A stretch of DNA of 26,908 nt from an uncultured Christensenella sp. (GTDB lineage Bacteria; Bacillota; Clostridia; Christensenellales; Pumilibacteraceae): assembly GCA_910577995.1 (NCBI GenBank), contig CAJTND010000012.1:8649-35556 (forward strand), in the 5' to 3' direction. A program made the translations under genes and the position numbers. Numbering within the stretch: position 1 is the stretch's first letter; each line of letters begins with the position of its first letter. Positions 10,192-17,147 of this stretch are shown here, one piece after another. The notes beneath the pieces are model-generated. The model saw only the letters and a list, made by a program, of their open reading frames with translations. It ran no database searches and was not told the DNA's origin.

Positions 10192-10952
10192 TAGACACGC
10201 ACGCGCACATTTACGACGAGCAGTACGGCGACGGCGGCAAAGCGATAATAGCGGACATGGAAGCCGACGGGCTCGGCGCGGTGATAACCGTCGGATGCGA
10301 CGAGCAGACCTCGAGGATATGCGTCGAGCTCGCCGAGAAAAACAAAAACGTTTATGCGACCGTAGGCGTGCACCCGTACTATCCCGAAACGGTCACCGAT
10401 CGGTGTATCGCGTCGCTCCGCGCGCTCGCTAAGAGCGAGAAGGTCGTAGCTGTCGGCGAGTTCGGATTCGACTATCATCACGACGTGTTCGACAAAGCCG
10501 CGCAGATGCGGGCGGCGGTCATGCAGTACGAGCTCGCGCGCGAGCTGAAACTGCCCGTAGTTTTCCACGTCCGCGAGGCGGCGGGCGACTTCTACGCTTT
10601 TTCCAAGGACCGCGAGTTTCCCGAGAGCGGCGTCATGCACTGCTTTTCCGGCTCGCGCGAGACCGCGGAATACTGCATCAAAAAGGGACTGTATATATCG
10701 TTCGGCGGCAAGCTGACATATAAGAATTCCAAGACAATGGCGGAGGTCGCGGCGAGCGTGCCGATAGAGCGCATACTGCTCGAGACCGACGCGCCGTACC
10801 TTACGCCGTCGCAAAAGCTCGGCGAACTCAATTACCCGAAGTACGTCGCGTACGTGCGCGACAAGCTCGCGGAACTGCGCGGCATGACGCCCGAGGACGT
10901 CGAGCGCGTCACGACAGACAACGCGCGGCAACTGTTCGGGATAACGCTATGA
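10185..10952 (+). CDS. tatD: TatD family metal-dependent hydrolase/DNase (YabD-like)
   Basis: Starts MLIDTHAHIYDE (the TatD DTHxH motif). The ATG at 10185 overlaps the metG stop by 7 nt. The metG-yabD(tatD) order matches the conserved Bacillota synteny. Confidence 0.93.
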   Translation: MLIDTHAHIYDEQYGDGGKAIIADMEADGLGAVITVGCDEQTSRICVELAEKNKNVYATVGVHPYYPETVTDRCIASLRALAKSEKVVAVGEFGFDYHHDVFDKAAQMRAAVMQYELARELKLPVVFHVREAAGDFYAFSKDREFPESGVMHCFSGSRETAEYCIKKGLYISFGGKLTYKNSKTMAEVAASVPIERILLETDAPYLTPSQKLGELNYPKYVAYVRDKLAELRGMTPEDVERVTTDNARQLFGITL

Positions 10953-11605
10953 CGGGAAACAGTAACGAAATGACCGATAATTACGTGTATATGCTCGACG
11001 GCAAGGCTTACGTCAATCTGACCAACCGCTGTCATAACGCGTGCACTTTTTGCATAAGAAATACGGGCGACGGTGTTGCCGGAACGCCGCTGTGGCTGAA
11101 AAAAGAACCGACCGCGGACGAGGTGATGCGCGCTTTCGAGCAAATAAGACCTAAGCTCGAAAGCGACGAGGTCGTGTTCTGCGGCTACGGCGAGCCGACC
11201 GAACGGCTCGACGTATTGACGGAAACGGCGGCGCGGATAAAAGCCGCGGGTTACTCCGTAAGGCTCAACACCAACGGGCTCGGCAGTCTTGTCGCAGGCA
11301 GGGATATCGCGCCCGAGCTGAAAGACTTCGATCTCGTTTCGATCTCGCTCAACCATTGCGACGCGGACAAGTATGCCGCGGTCACTCGCTCGAAGTTCGG
11401 CGCGGCGGCTTTTCCCGCGGTCACGGAGTTCGCTGCGCAGTGCAAAGCGGCGGGGCTGAGCGTCGTGATGACGGTGGTCGACGTTATAGGCGAGGAGAGC
11501 ATCCGCGAGTGCGAGAGGCTTTGTCAAGGTCTGGGCGTGCCTCTGCGCGTCAGAAAATACATAGCGGATAATTACGGCGGAAGCGTCGATACCGACGGAA
11601 AATAA
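10949..11605 (+). CDS. Radical SAM protein, TatD-associated family (function unknown)
   Basis: CxxxCxxC cluster CHNACTFC near the N-terminus. The start overlaps the tatD stop (ATGA). The ~215-aa size and the position after tatD fit the family described as TatD-associated radical SAM (recalled as TIGR04038, not verified here). Confidence 0.85.
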   Translation: MTGNSNEMTDNYVYMLDGKAYVNLTNRCHNACTFCIRNTGDGVAGTPLWLKKEPTADEVMRAFEQIRPKLESDEVVFCGYGEPTERLDVLTETAARIKAAGYSVRLNTNGLGSLVAGRDIAPELKDFDLVSISLNHCDADKYAAVTRSKFGAAAFPAVTEFAAQCKAAGLSVVMTVVDVIGEESIRECERLCQGLGVPLRVRKYIADNYGGSVDTDGK

Positions 11606-11632
11606 CAACGGTCAAGGAGCGCATACATTAAC

Positions 11633-12634
11633 ATGCCCGATACACTCGTATATATAGGATACGCCGTAACGGTGATAGTCGTCGTACTGCTGTCGTTCAA
11701 GCTCGGCAAATACGTCGACATCATCGACGCCAAGAGCAAGATCTCCGGCGCGTTCATCGGCGGAGTCATGCTCGCGGCTGTCACGAGCCTGCCCGAGCTT
11801 TTTACTTCGCTGTCGTCGGTGTGGATAGTGCGCGAGAGCTCGCTCGTCATCGGCAATATCCTCGGTTCCGATCTTATCAACCTCGCATTCTTCGGCGTGA
11901 TACTGCTCGTGTTCACGCGCGGGATGAGAAAGGCGAAGTTCAGCAAGTATTACATAACGTCGCTGCTCGTCGGACTGCTGCTGTACGGGCTCGTCGCCGT
12001 CGGCATGTTCCTCGACGACTATATGCGGCTCGGTTGGTATTCCGTCACCTCGCCGATAATACTCGCTGCGTATATCATGCTCGTATACAAAATGCCCAAG
12101 ACCGCCGAGGAGGAGGGCGGCGCGGACGAGGACATGCCGTTAAAGACCGCGGTCATCAGGTTCTCGATATGCGCGGTCGTGCTTATCGGCGTTTCTATAC
12201 TTATGACGTACCTAACGGATATCGTGGCGGACAAGCTCGACCTCGGCAAGACCTTTGCCGGCGCGCTGTTCCTCGGCGTCGCGACGAGCCTGCCCGAGCT
12301 GATATCGTCGGTGACGCTGTGCTATCGCGGCAACTTCAACGCCGCGGCAGGTAATATAATCGGCTCCAACATGTTCAACCTGGCAATACTTACCGTTGCG
12401 GATATGCTGTCGTTCGGCTCGGCTTCGCACGTGTACGTGCTCAATGCCGAATCGTTCTGGCTGCTCGTCTTGGGCTTTGCCGCGACGATAGCGACGCTCG
12501 CGGTACAGCTTGTCAAGCGCAGAAAGCAGTTCATCGGCATCGGCGCGACCGTGGGCGTGCAGGCGCTGAACGCACTGCCGCCGATACTGTACCTGCTGTT
12601 CCTGCTGTTGACGACGGGCGTAATACCGATATAG
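11633..12634 (+). CDS. Ca2+/cation antiporter (CaCA, Na_Ca_ex) family membrane protein
   Basis: Two alpha-repeat motifs, GNILGSDLINL and GNIIGSNMFNL, one in each half of a polytopic protein. AAGGAGC RBS. Confidence 0.85.
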   Translation: MPDTLVYIGYAVTVIVVVLLSFKLGKYVDIIDAKSKISGAFIGGVMLAAVTSLPELFTSLSSVWIVRESSLVIGNILGSDLINLAFFGVILLVFTRGMRKAKFSKYYITSLLVGLLLYGLVAVGMFLDDYMRLGWYSVTSPIILAAYIMLVYKMPKTAEEEGGADEDMPLKTAVIRFSICAVVLIGVSILMTYLTDIVADKLDLGKTFAGALFLGVATSLPELISSVTLCYRGNFNAAAGNIIGSNMFNLAILTVADMLSFGSASHVYVLNAESFWLLVLGFAATIATLAVQLVKRRKQFIGIGATVGVQALNALPPILYLLFLLLTTGVIPI

Positions 12635-12650
12635 ACCGAACAAGGTGACT

Positions 12651-13130
12651 ATGGAAGAAAAGATACTGTTTCAATACGTTATGAGCTACAAGGCGTACCG
12701 CCGCGCGATGATATCGTGCCGCGCCGCTATCGCCGCCGTCGCCGCGGGCGCGCTCGCCGCGCTGTGCGTCGTGAGCATACCGCTCGGCATCGTGCTCGCC
12801 GTCGCCGCGCTGTTCGTCGGCGCGCTCGCCGTGATTGTTTCGTTGCATAGGGAATATACGTACACGGTGTACGGCGCGCGCATCGTGTTTAAGAAGGGCG
12901 GCGACGACAGGCGCGCGTCCGTTCCGACGGAGCGCGTGACGGCGGTTTCGTATAAAAGCGCGTTCTACGAAAAGGACCTCGGCACGGGCACAGTCACCGT
13001 TACGGTCAGGACCGACAAGGGCGGAAAAAAACGCTACCGCATGAAGCATATCCTCGACGCCGCGCCGTGCGTCGACTATCTCAAAAAAACGGCGGCGCGC
13101 AACAACGGCGCGACCGCGGACGGCGAGTAG
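12651..13130 (+). CDS. Small membrane protein, probable bacterial PH (YdbS/YdbT-like) domain
   Basis: The ATG at 12651 is preferred over the GTG at 12645. Two adjacent TM helices are followed by a ~80-aa soluble beta-rich segment. The family assignment is from memory only. Confidence 0.55.
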   Translation: MEEKILFQYVMSYKAYRRAMISCRAAIAAVAAGALAALCVVSIPLGIVLAVAALFVGALAVIVSLHREYTYTVYGARIVFKKGGDDRRASVPTERVTAVSYKSAFYEKDLGTGTVTVTVRTDKGGKKRYRMKHILDAAPCVDYLKKTAARNNGATADGE

Positions 13131-13144
13131 GGTATACGTAATAT

Positions 13145-13483
13145 ATGGAAGAAAACCAAAGAAAAGAGCTTGACGGGTGCGAGGGATTTGCGCGCGATGT
13201 GTATCGAGCCGTTATGACGGTGCCGCGCGGAACGGTCGTGACGTATGCGCAGGTCGCGCTTATGTCGGGACACCGCGGCGCGGCGCGCGCCGTCGGCAAC
13301 GCCCTGCACGTCAATCCGTTTTACGGCGTCGTGCCCTGCCATCGCGTGGTCAGCAGTCGCGGCAGGCTCGCCGAAAAGTTCGGGTTCGGCGGCGCGGAGC
13401 TGCAACGCTCGATGCTCGAGGCGGAGGGCGTGACCGTCGAGGACGGCGCGGTCGATCTCGACAGGTTTCAGTGGCGCGGATAA
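13145..13483 (+). CDS. MGMT-family protein (methylated-DNA-protein-cysteine methyltransferase DNA-binding/active-site domain only)
   Basis: Contains YAQVALMSG...ARAVGNAL..NP....VPCHRVV, with the PCHR active-site cysteine retained. At 112 aa it lacks the N-terminal Ada/Ogt domain. Confidence 0.85.
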   Translation: MEENQRKELDGCEGFARDVYRAVMTVPRGTVVTYAQVALMSGHRGAARAVGNALHVNPFYGVVPCHRVVSSRGRLAEKFGFGGAELQRSMLEAEGVTVEDGAVDLDRFQWRG

Positions 13484-13498
13484 ACAGTCCGGCGACGG

Positions 13499-13520
13499 GC
13501 GGCGGCATCGCCGCTTTTTT
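13499..13520 (+). terminator. Rho-independent terminator
   Basis: GCGGCG-gcat-CGCCGC followed by TTTTTT, 16 nt after the stop at 13483. Confidence 0.8.
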
Positions 13521-13571
13521 ATTGCCGAAATAAGTAACGCAACGTCGGCGCGGTTCATATATAACAGTGTT

Positions 13572-13982
13572 ATGTCAGAGCTTGAACTTCTTGCACGGAT
13601 AATAAAGTGCGAAGCCGGCGGCGAGGGCTTGGACGGTATGGCTGCCGTCGCGTCCGTCGTCATGAACAGAGTGCGTCAATCGCGCGGCGAGTACGGACGC
13701 TATAACACAGTCAACGACGTTGTTTTCGCGCCGCGGCAGTTCGAGTGCGCGACCGACCAGCCGCAGAGCGTTTTCAATCTTTCGCCCGACCAAATTCATT
13801 ACGATATAGCGCGGTGGGCGATCGGCGGCGGCAGGCTGGGCGTGACGGGCGACGCGCTGTGGTTCTTCAATCCGTATTCACCCAACTGCCGTCCCAACTT
13901 TCCCAATCAGAACGGCTATCTTATAACGCGTATCGGCGATCACTGTTTCTACGCGCCGACCGACAGCTATTTCCTTACCTGA
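13572..13982 (+). CDS. Spore cortex-lytic cell wall hydrolase, CwlJ/SleB catalytic-domain family (Hydrolase_2)
   Basis: LLARIIKCEAGGEGLDGMAAVASVVMNRV ... ALWFFNPYSPNCRPNFPNQ...IGDHCFYAPT parallels the CwlJ pattern (LLRAEAEGEG...LWYFRP..CP..W.NQ...HCFYQPT). Confidence 0.88.
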   Translation: MSELELLARIIKCEAGGEGLDGMAAVASVVMNRVRQSRGEYGRYNTVNDVVFAPRQFECATDQPQSVFNLSPDQIHYDIARWAIGGGRLGVTGDALWFFNPYSPNCRPNFPNQNGYLITRIGDHCFYAPTDSYFLT

Positions 13983-14025
13983 CGACGAAAAGAGTAATAT
14001 TGCCTTTAAGGAGGTCTTGTATATA

Positions 14026-14307
14026 ATGGATAATTGCAAGTGTGATCGTTGCGGCAAGCCGCCCGAGATCAATATCCCCGAGCTTCTGCCCGACTTCGAT
14101 TCGCCCGGCTCGCAGGGTTCGTGGCGACAGCTGTTCTCGGTAAATATCGGGCGCATGGTAAAGATCGAGGTCGGTCTGATAGACGGTACGGTGCGAAGCG
14201 TCATGGGCGAGATATACGCCGTCGGCAATGCCTGGGTCGCGCTCACATGCGGCGACAAGATAGTGCTTACCGATATCTTCGCGGTCAAGTTCGCCACGTT
14301 CTGCTGA
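14026..14307 (+). CDS. Small protein, possibly GerQ-like (CwlJ partner); otherwise hypothetical
   Basis: AAGGAGG lies 11 nt upstream of the ATG at 14026; the TTG at 14017 is too close to the RBS. The C-terminal half (NIGRMVKIEVGLIDGTVRSVMGEIYAVGNAWVALTCGDKIVLTDIFAVKFATF) resembles the GerQ C-terminal domain pattern. The position right after a cwlJ-like gene mirrors cwlJ-gerQ operons of the Bacillus cereus group. Confidence 0.5.
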   Translation: MDNCKCDRCGKPPEINIPELLPDFDSPGSQGSWRQLFSVNIGRMVKIEVGLIDGTVRSVMGEIYAVGNAWVALTCGDKIVLTDIFAVKFATFC

Positions 14308-14326
14308 TAATAAAACAGGCTACATA

Positions 14327-14364
14327 AAAAGCGTTCCTCTTATCGCGGAACGCTTTTGCTTTTG
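14327..14364. terminator. Bidirectional rho-independent terminator between convergent genes
   Basis: aaaAGCGTTCC-tcttatcgc-GGAACGCTtttgctttt, with an A-run on the left and a T-run on the right. It lies between the ends of the + gene (14307) and spmB (14391). Confidence 0.8.
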
Positions 14365-14390
14365 GGAAACAGCCGCGGTAGGCAAGCGGC

Positions 14391-14897
14391 TTAGAAAAAC
14401 CTGAGGAGGAAGCACCCGACGATACAGCCGGTGTACGTCGCGACGAGCGCGACGGGTATAGCATAGCGCAGGCAGCGGATATGCGATTGCGAAAAATAGA
14501 TAGTCGCAACGTAAAAGACCGTTTCGCTCGAACCGTAAACGACCGACGCGCACCGCCCGACATAGCTATCCGGTCCGTAGGTCTCGTATATGCCGTCGAG
14601 TATGGCGAGCGAGCCTGCGCCCGATACGGGGCGGAGAAACAGCAGCTCGGCGAGCTCCTTCGGAAGCCCGACCTTGCCGAGCACGGGCGCGAGCATGTTG
14701 GCAAGGTACGCCGACGCGCCCGATACGCGGAACGCCTCGACCGCGACCATAACCGCGAGCAGGTACGGGAAAACGTTGATAGTCAGGTCGACGGCTTGCC
14801 GCGCGCCGTCGATGAACCCGCCGTAGGGCTCGCGCCGCCTGAGAAACGACAGCAACAGCACGACGAGGAATATTACGGGTATTATGTATGCGCTCAT
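14391..14897 (-). CDS. spmB: Spore maturation protein B (nucleoside-recognition/Gate domain)
   Basis: Aligns by eye with B. subtilis SpmB (FRVSGA..., LRPVSGAGSLAI, YGPDSYVGRCASVV.GSSETVFYV.TIYF). Its start overlaps the spmA stop (ATGA). Confidence 0.9.
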   Translation of the reverse strand: MSAYIIPVIFLVVLLLSFLRRREPYGGFIDGARQAVDLTINVFPYLLAVMVAVEAFRVSGASAYLANMLAPVLGKVGLPKELAELLFLRPVSGAGSLAILDGIYETYGPDSYVGRCASVVYGSSETVFYVATIYFSQSHIRCLRYAIPVALVATYTGCIVGCFLLRFF

Positions 14898-15616
14898 GTC
14901 TTTTTCACCTCGGCGGCGGCAACTGCCGCGGCGCGTGGGGCGCGGCGCATAGATGGCTTGGCGCGTTTGTTGCGCGGTCTTTTTGTCTTTTTACCGCGCG
15001 CGGAGTCGGGATAGAGCGGCGGCGCGGATGGCGCGTCGGATACCGCGGAACGCTTTTTGCGGTCGAATATCTTAGCGCACAGCTTGACCCCGATTATGCC
15101 GATCAAGGTAGAAAGCACGGTCGCGACGAGCGAGGGAAAGAGAAAGTCCGCGGGATTGGCAGAGCCTGCGGTCGCGCGCATGCCGATGACCGTCGTCGGC
15201 AGGAGTTGCAGGCTCGTCGCGGAAATGACGGTAAGCATTATCATATCGACGGACGCGCGCGGCTCGCCGACGTACATGCGCTTTATCGCGTTTATCGCCA
15301 TGGGCGTGGCGGCGTTGCCTAGCCCGAGCAGGTTGGCGGAAACGTTCATAGTTATGAATTTGCGCGTTTCGGCGTCGCAGGATGGGAACAGTCGTGAGAT
15401 AACGGGACGCAAAAGCTTTTCCAGTCCGCGCGACAGCCCGAGCCGCTCGATAAGAGAGAAGAACCCGAGCCAAAACGCATACAGCGCCAAAAGATTGAGC
15501 GACAGCTCGACCGCGCCGTGCGCTCCGTCTATCATGGCGTTTACCGCCGCGGCGGGGTCGGTGAATATCATCAGCCCGAGCGACGCGGACAGCATAAGTA
15601 ACCATATAACAGCCAT
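14894..15616 (-). CDS. spmA: Spore maturation protein A, with a ~55-aa basic C-terminal extension
   Basis: LLGLGNAATPMAINAIKRM and LQLLPTTVIGMRA match the SpmA hallmark blocks (GLGNAATP, LIPTTVIA). The tail is RKKRSAVSDAPSAPPLYPDSARGKKTKRPRNKRAKPSMRRAPRAAAVAAAEVKKT. Confidence 0.9.
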   Translation of the reverse strand: MAVIWLLMLSASLGLMIFTDPAAAVNAMIDGAHGAVELSLNLLALYAFWLGFFSLIERLGLSRGLEKLLRPVISRLFPSCDAETRKFITMNVSANLLGLGNAATPMAINAIKRMYVGEPRASVDMIMLTVISATSLQLLPTTVIGMRATAGSANPADFLFPSLVATVLSTLIGIIGVKLCAKIFDRKKRSAVSDAPSAPPLYPDSARGKKTKRPRNKRAKPSMRRAPRAAAVAAAEVKKT

Positions 15617-15683
15617 GCTATATTATATGTAAGCGTATTCGCGCCGACGGAGCAAATACCGATAACAAATTGCGGTAAAAAGA

Positions 15684-15712
15684 TTGACAAGCCGCCGCGT
15701 TTATTGTATAAT
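15684..15712 (+). promoter_or_regulatory. Consensus SigA promoter driving the tRNA-Thr unit
   Basis: TTGACA (15684-15689), 17-bp spacer, TATAAT (15707-15712). It lies ~220 nt upstream of the mature tRNA 5' end. Confidence 0.7.
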
Positions 15713-15740
15713 GATTCTCGCGTGGAAAGTCGCCGTAAGC

Positions 15741-15930
15741 GACCGCCGCCTTGGTAATGGCAAACTGAATAAACATGCTGTTATGGCTCAGTCGGACCGC
15801 CACCTTGGTAAGGACGTCCTCAGCGGAGAAGAATCCACGAATTAAATAAATATGCTGTTATGGCTCAGTCGGACCGCCGCCTTGGTAAGGACGTCCTCAG
15901 CGGAGAAGAATCCACGAATTAAATAAACAT
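15741..15930 (+). repeat. Tandem 77-bp tRNA-Thr-derived units (two full pseudo-tRNA units plus one partial)
   Basis: Units 15777-15853 and 15854-15930 are 75/77 identical and in phase with the real tRNA at 15931. Each begins with the tRNA's first 19 nt (gctgttatggctcagtcgg) and keeps ccRccttggtaagg (anticodon stem/loop) and gaatcc, but lacks the D-stem 3' strand, T-arm and 3' acceptor strand. The partial unit at 15741-15776 keeps gaccgccgccttggtaa...aataaacat. Confidence 0.85.
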
Positions 15931-16006
15931 GCTGTTATGGCTCAGTCGGTAGAGCACCACCTTGGTAAGGTGGAGGTCCCGGGTTCGAATCCCGGTAACA
16001 GCTCCA
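15931..16006 (+). tRNA. tRNA-Thr (anticodon GGT), CCA encoded
   Basis: Cloverleaf read by hand: acceptor GCTGTTA/TAACAGC, D arm GCTC-AGTCGGTA-GAGC, anticodon arm CCACC-TTGGTAA-GGTGG, variable AGGTC, T arm CCGGG-TTCGAAT-CCCGG, discriminator T, then CCA. Confidence 0.95.
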
Positions 16007-16010
16007 CAAC

Positions 16011-16044
16011 GCCCTCCCTCTGCACTGCTTTGGGAGGGTGTTTC
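16011..16044 (+). terminator. Probable terminator of the tRNA unit
   Basis: gCCCTCCC-tctgcactgctt-tGGGAGGGtgttt directly after the CCA end. The T-run is short. Confidence 0.55.
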
Positions 16045-16085
16045 AAAATAAAATTATTTACGATCTACAAAGGACACAACACGGC

Positions 16086-17054
16086 ATGATGACAAAAGCG
16101 CAAAAGGATAAGCTGGTCAAGCTTTATTGTGAATTACAGGATGAAAAACATTATTACCGTAGCTTAAATAGCTTTAAGAAAGAGCAGGTCAAGCGGGGCG
16201 GTTATTGCGCCGACGCGCCGACGGAGGATCAAGTCGAGATGTGGCTCAGACTGCTCGGCGGCGACGGGTATGATCTCGTATATCTCGGCGCGATGCTTGC
16301 GTTACAGAAAGACGACATGCGCTATCTCGACGACGCGCTGTATACCGCTACTTCGATGATGCAATTCGCCTCGATGTCGTCGGGCTACGATCACTGCATT
16401 TATGCGTGGAATCTTTTGCCCGTGCTGCTGTCCGCCAACCGTTTCGACGATATAAAGCATATATTCCCGAAGGAAAACGGGCTGAGCAAAAACGGAATGA
16501 GAGTGTTGAAGCTCATTACGAATTTGGTCATGTATCTGTACTACGGCGAGGAAGAGTGGAGAGCGGAAGCGGTCGATGAGGGCAGAAGCTTCTCTAAGAA
16601 AGCGCCTATCGAGCAAAGAGCTATCGTCGACTGTCTTTTGAGCTTGGTCGATAAAGATCTCGACAGGTTTGCCGTCGAGCTCGATAACATATGCAAAGGC
16701 AAGCGTCGGGCGAGCGGATACGACGACAACAAGTTCACCAGACAGTTCCCGTTTTTTGCATTGGGGCTTTACAATTTTGCGCGGCGACTTTACGGCGAGG
16801 AGGTCGAAAATATCGCGCTTCCCGACGATGCGGGGGCGTTGATAGAGCTGCACGAATATCAAAAAGCCAACGGCTATGCGACGGGCAAGAATATCGCGGA
16901 TTTCAAAGAGACCGTTCCGCTCCTCGACGTGTTGCTCAATATCGAGCTGCCGCCCATGTACTTGGTGTTTGATAAAAGATACGGGTATACCGATATCGAC
17001 AGATACAAAAGCGACGTTACCGTCATAGCGCTGAAAAACCTCGTTCGGGACTGA
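16086..17054 (+). CDS. Hypothetical, predominantly alpha-helical protein (322 aa from the ATG at 16086; 338 aa if the GTG at 16038 is used); no family recognised
   Basis: A long ORF with no credible competing ORF and coding-like composition. The GTG at 16038 lies inside the tRNA terminator hairpin, so the ATG at 16086 is preferred (weak AAAGGA 12 nt upstream). Stops TGA TAG at 17052-17057. Confidence 0.7.
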   Translation: MMTKAQKDKLVKLYCELQDEKHYYRSLNSFKKEQVKRGGYCADAPTEDQVEMWLRLLGGDGYDLVYLGAMLALQKDDMRYLDDALYTATSMMQFASMSSGYDHCIYAWNLLPVLLSANRFDDIKHIFPKENGLSKNGMRVLKLITNLVMYLYYGEEEWRAEAVDEGRSFSKKAPIEQRAIVDCLLSLVDKDLDRFAVELDNICKGKRRASGYDDNKFTRQFPFFALGLYNFARRLYGEEVENIALPDDAGALIELHEYQKANGYATGKNIADFKETVPLLDVLLNIELPPMYLVFDKRYGYTDIDRYKSDVTVIALKNLVRD

Positions 17055-17060
17055 TAGGAT
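17036..17060. repeat. Left 25-bp direct repeat (att-like) bordering the AT-rich insertion
   Basis: aaacctcgttcgggactgataggat matches 19444-19468 (aaacttcgctcggggctgataggat) at 22/25, including an exact 10-mer ctgataggat. It covers the last 5 codons and the stop of the 16086..17054 ORF. Confidence 0.75.
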
Positions 17061-17147
17061 CGACTTGCCGATAGGTAAGTATGGAAATGATTTCCGCTTT
17101 CTTATGTCAAGATTATGTCTGCGGAATTTTTCTCATTCCGATTTTTC

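Noticed and set aside
13530-13571. Sporulation-sigma (SigK/SigE-like) -10 element 'catatata' upstream of the cwlJ-like gene.
   Set aside because: The match to CATAnnnTA is imperfect, it lies only about 14 nt from the ATG, and no -35 partner is present. This is too weak to report as a feature.
15741-16006. Regularly spaced 77-bp repeats, considered as a possible CRISPR array.
   Set aside because: The units are contiguous with no variable spacers, and the repeat is a tRNA derivative. The last unit is a bona fide tRNA, and no cas genes are present.
16038-16085. GTG start at 16038 for the orphan protein.
   Set aside because: It lies within the 3' arm of the tRNA terminator hairpin, and the only purine-rich stretch directly abuts the codon. 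It is kept only as an alternative.
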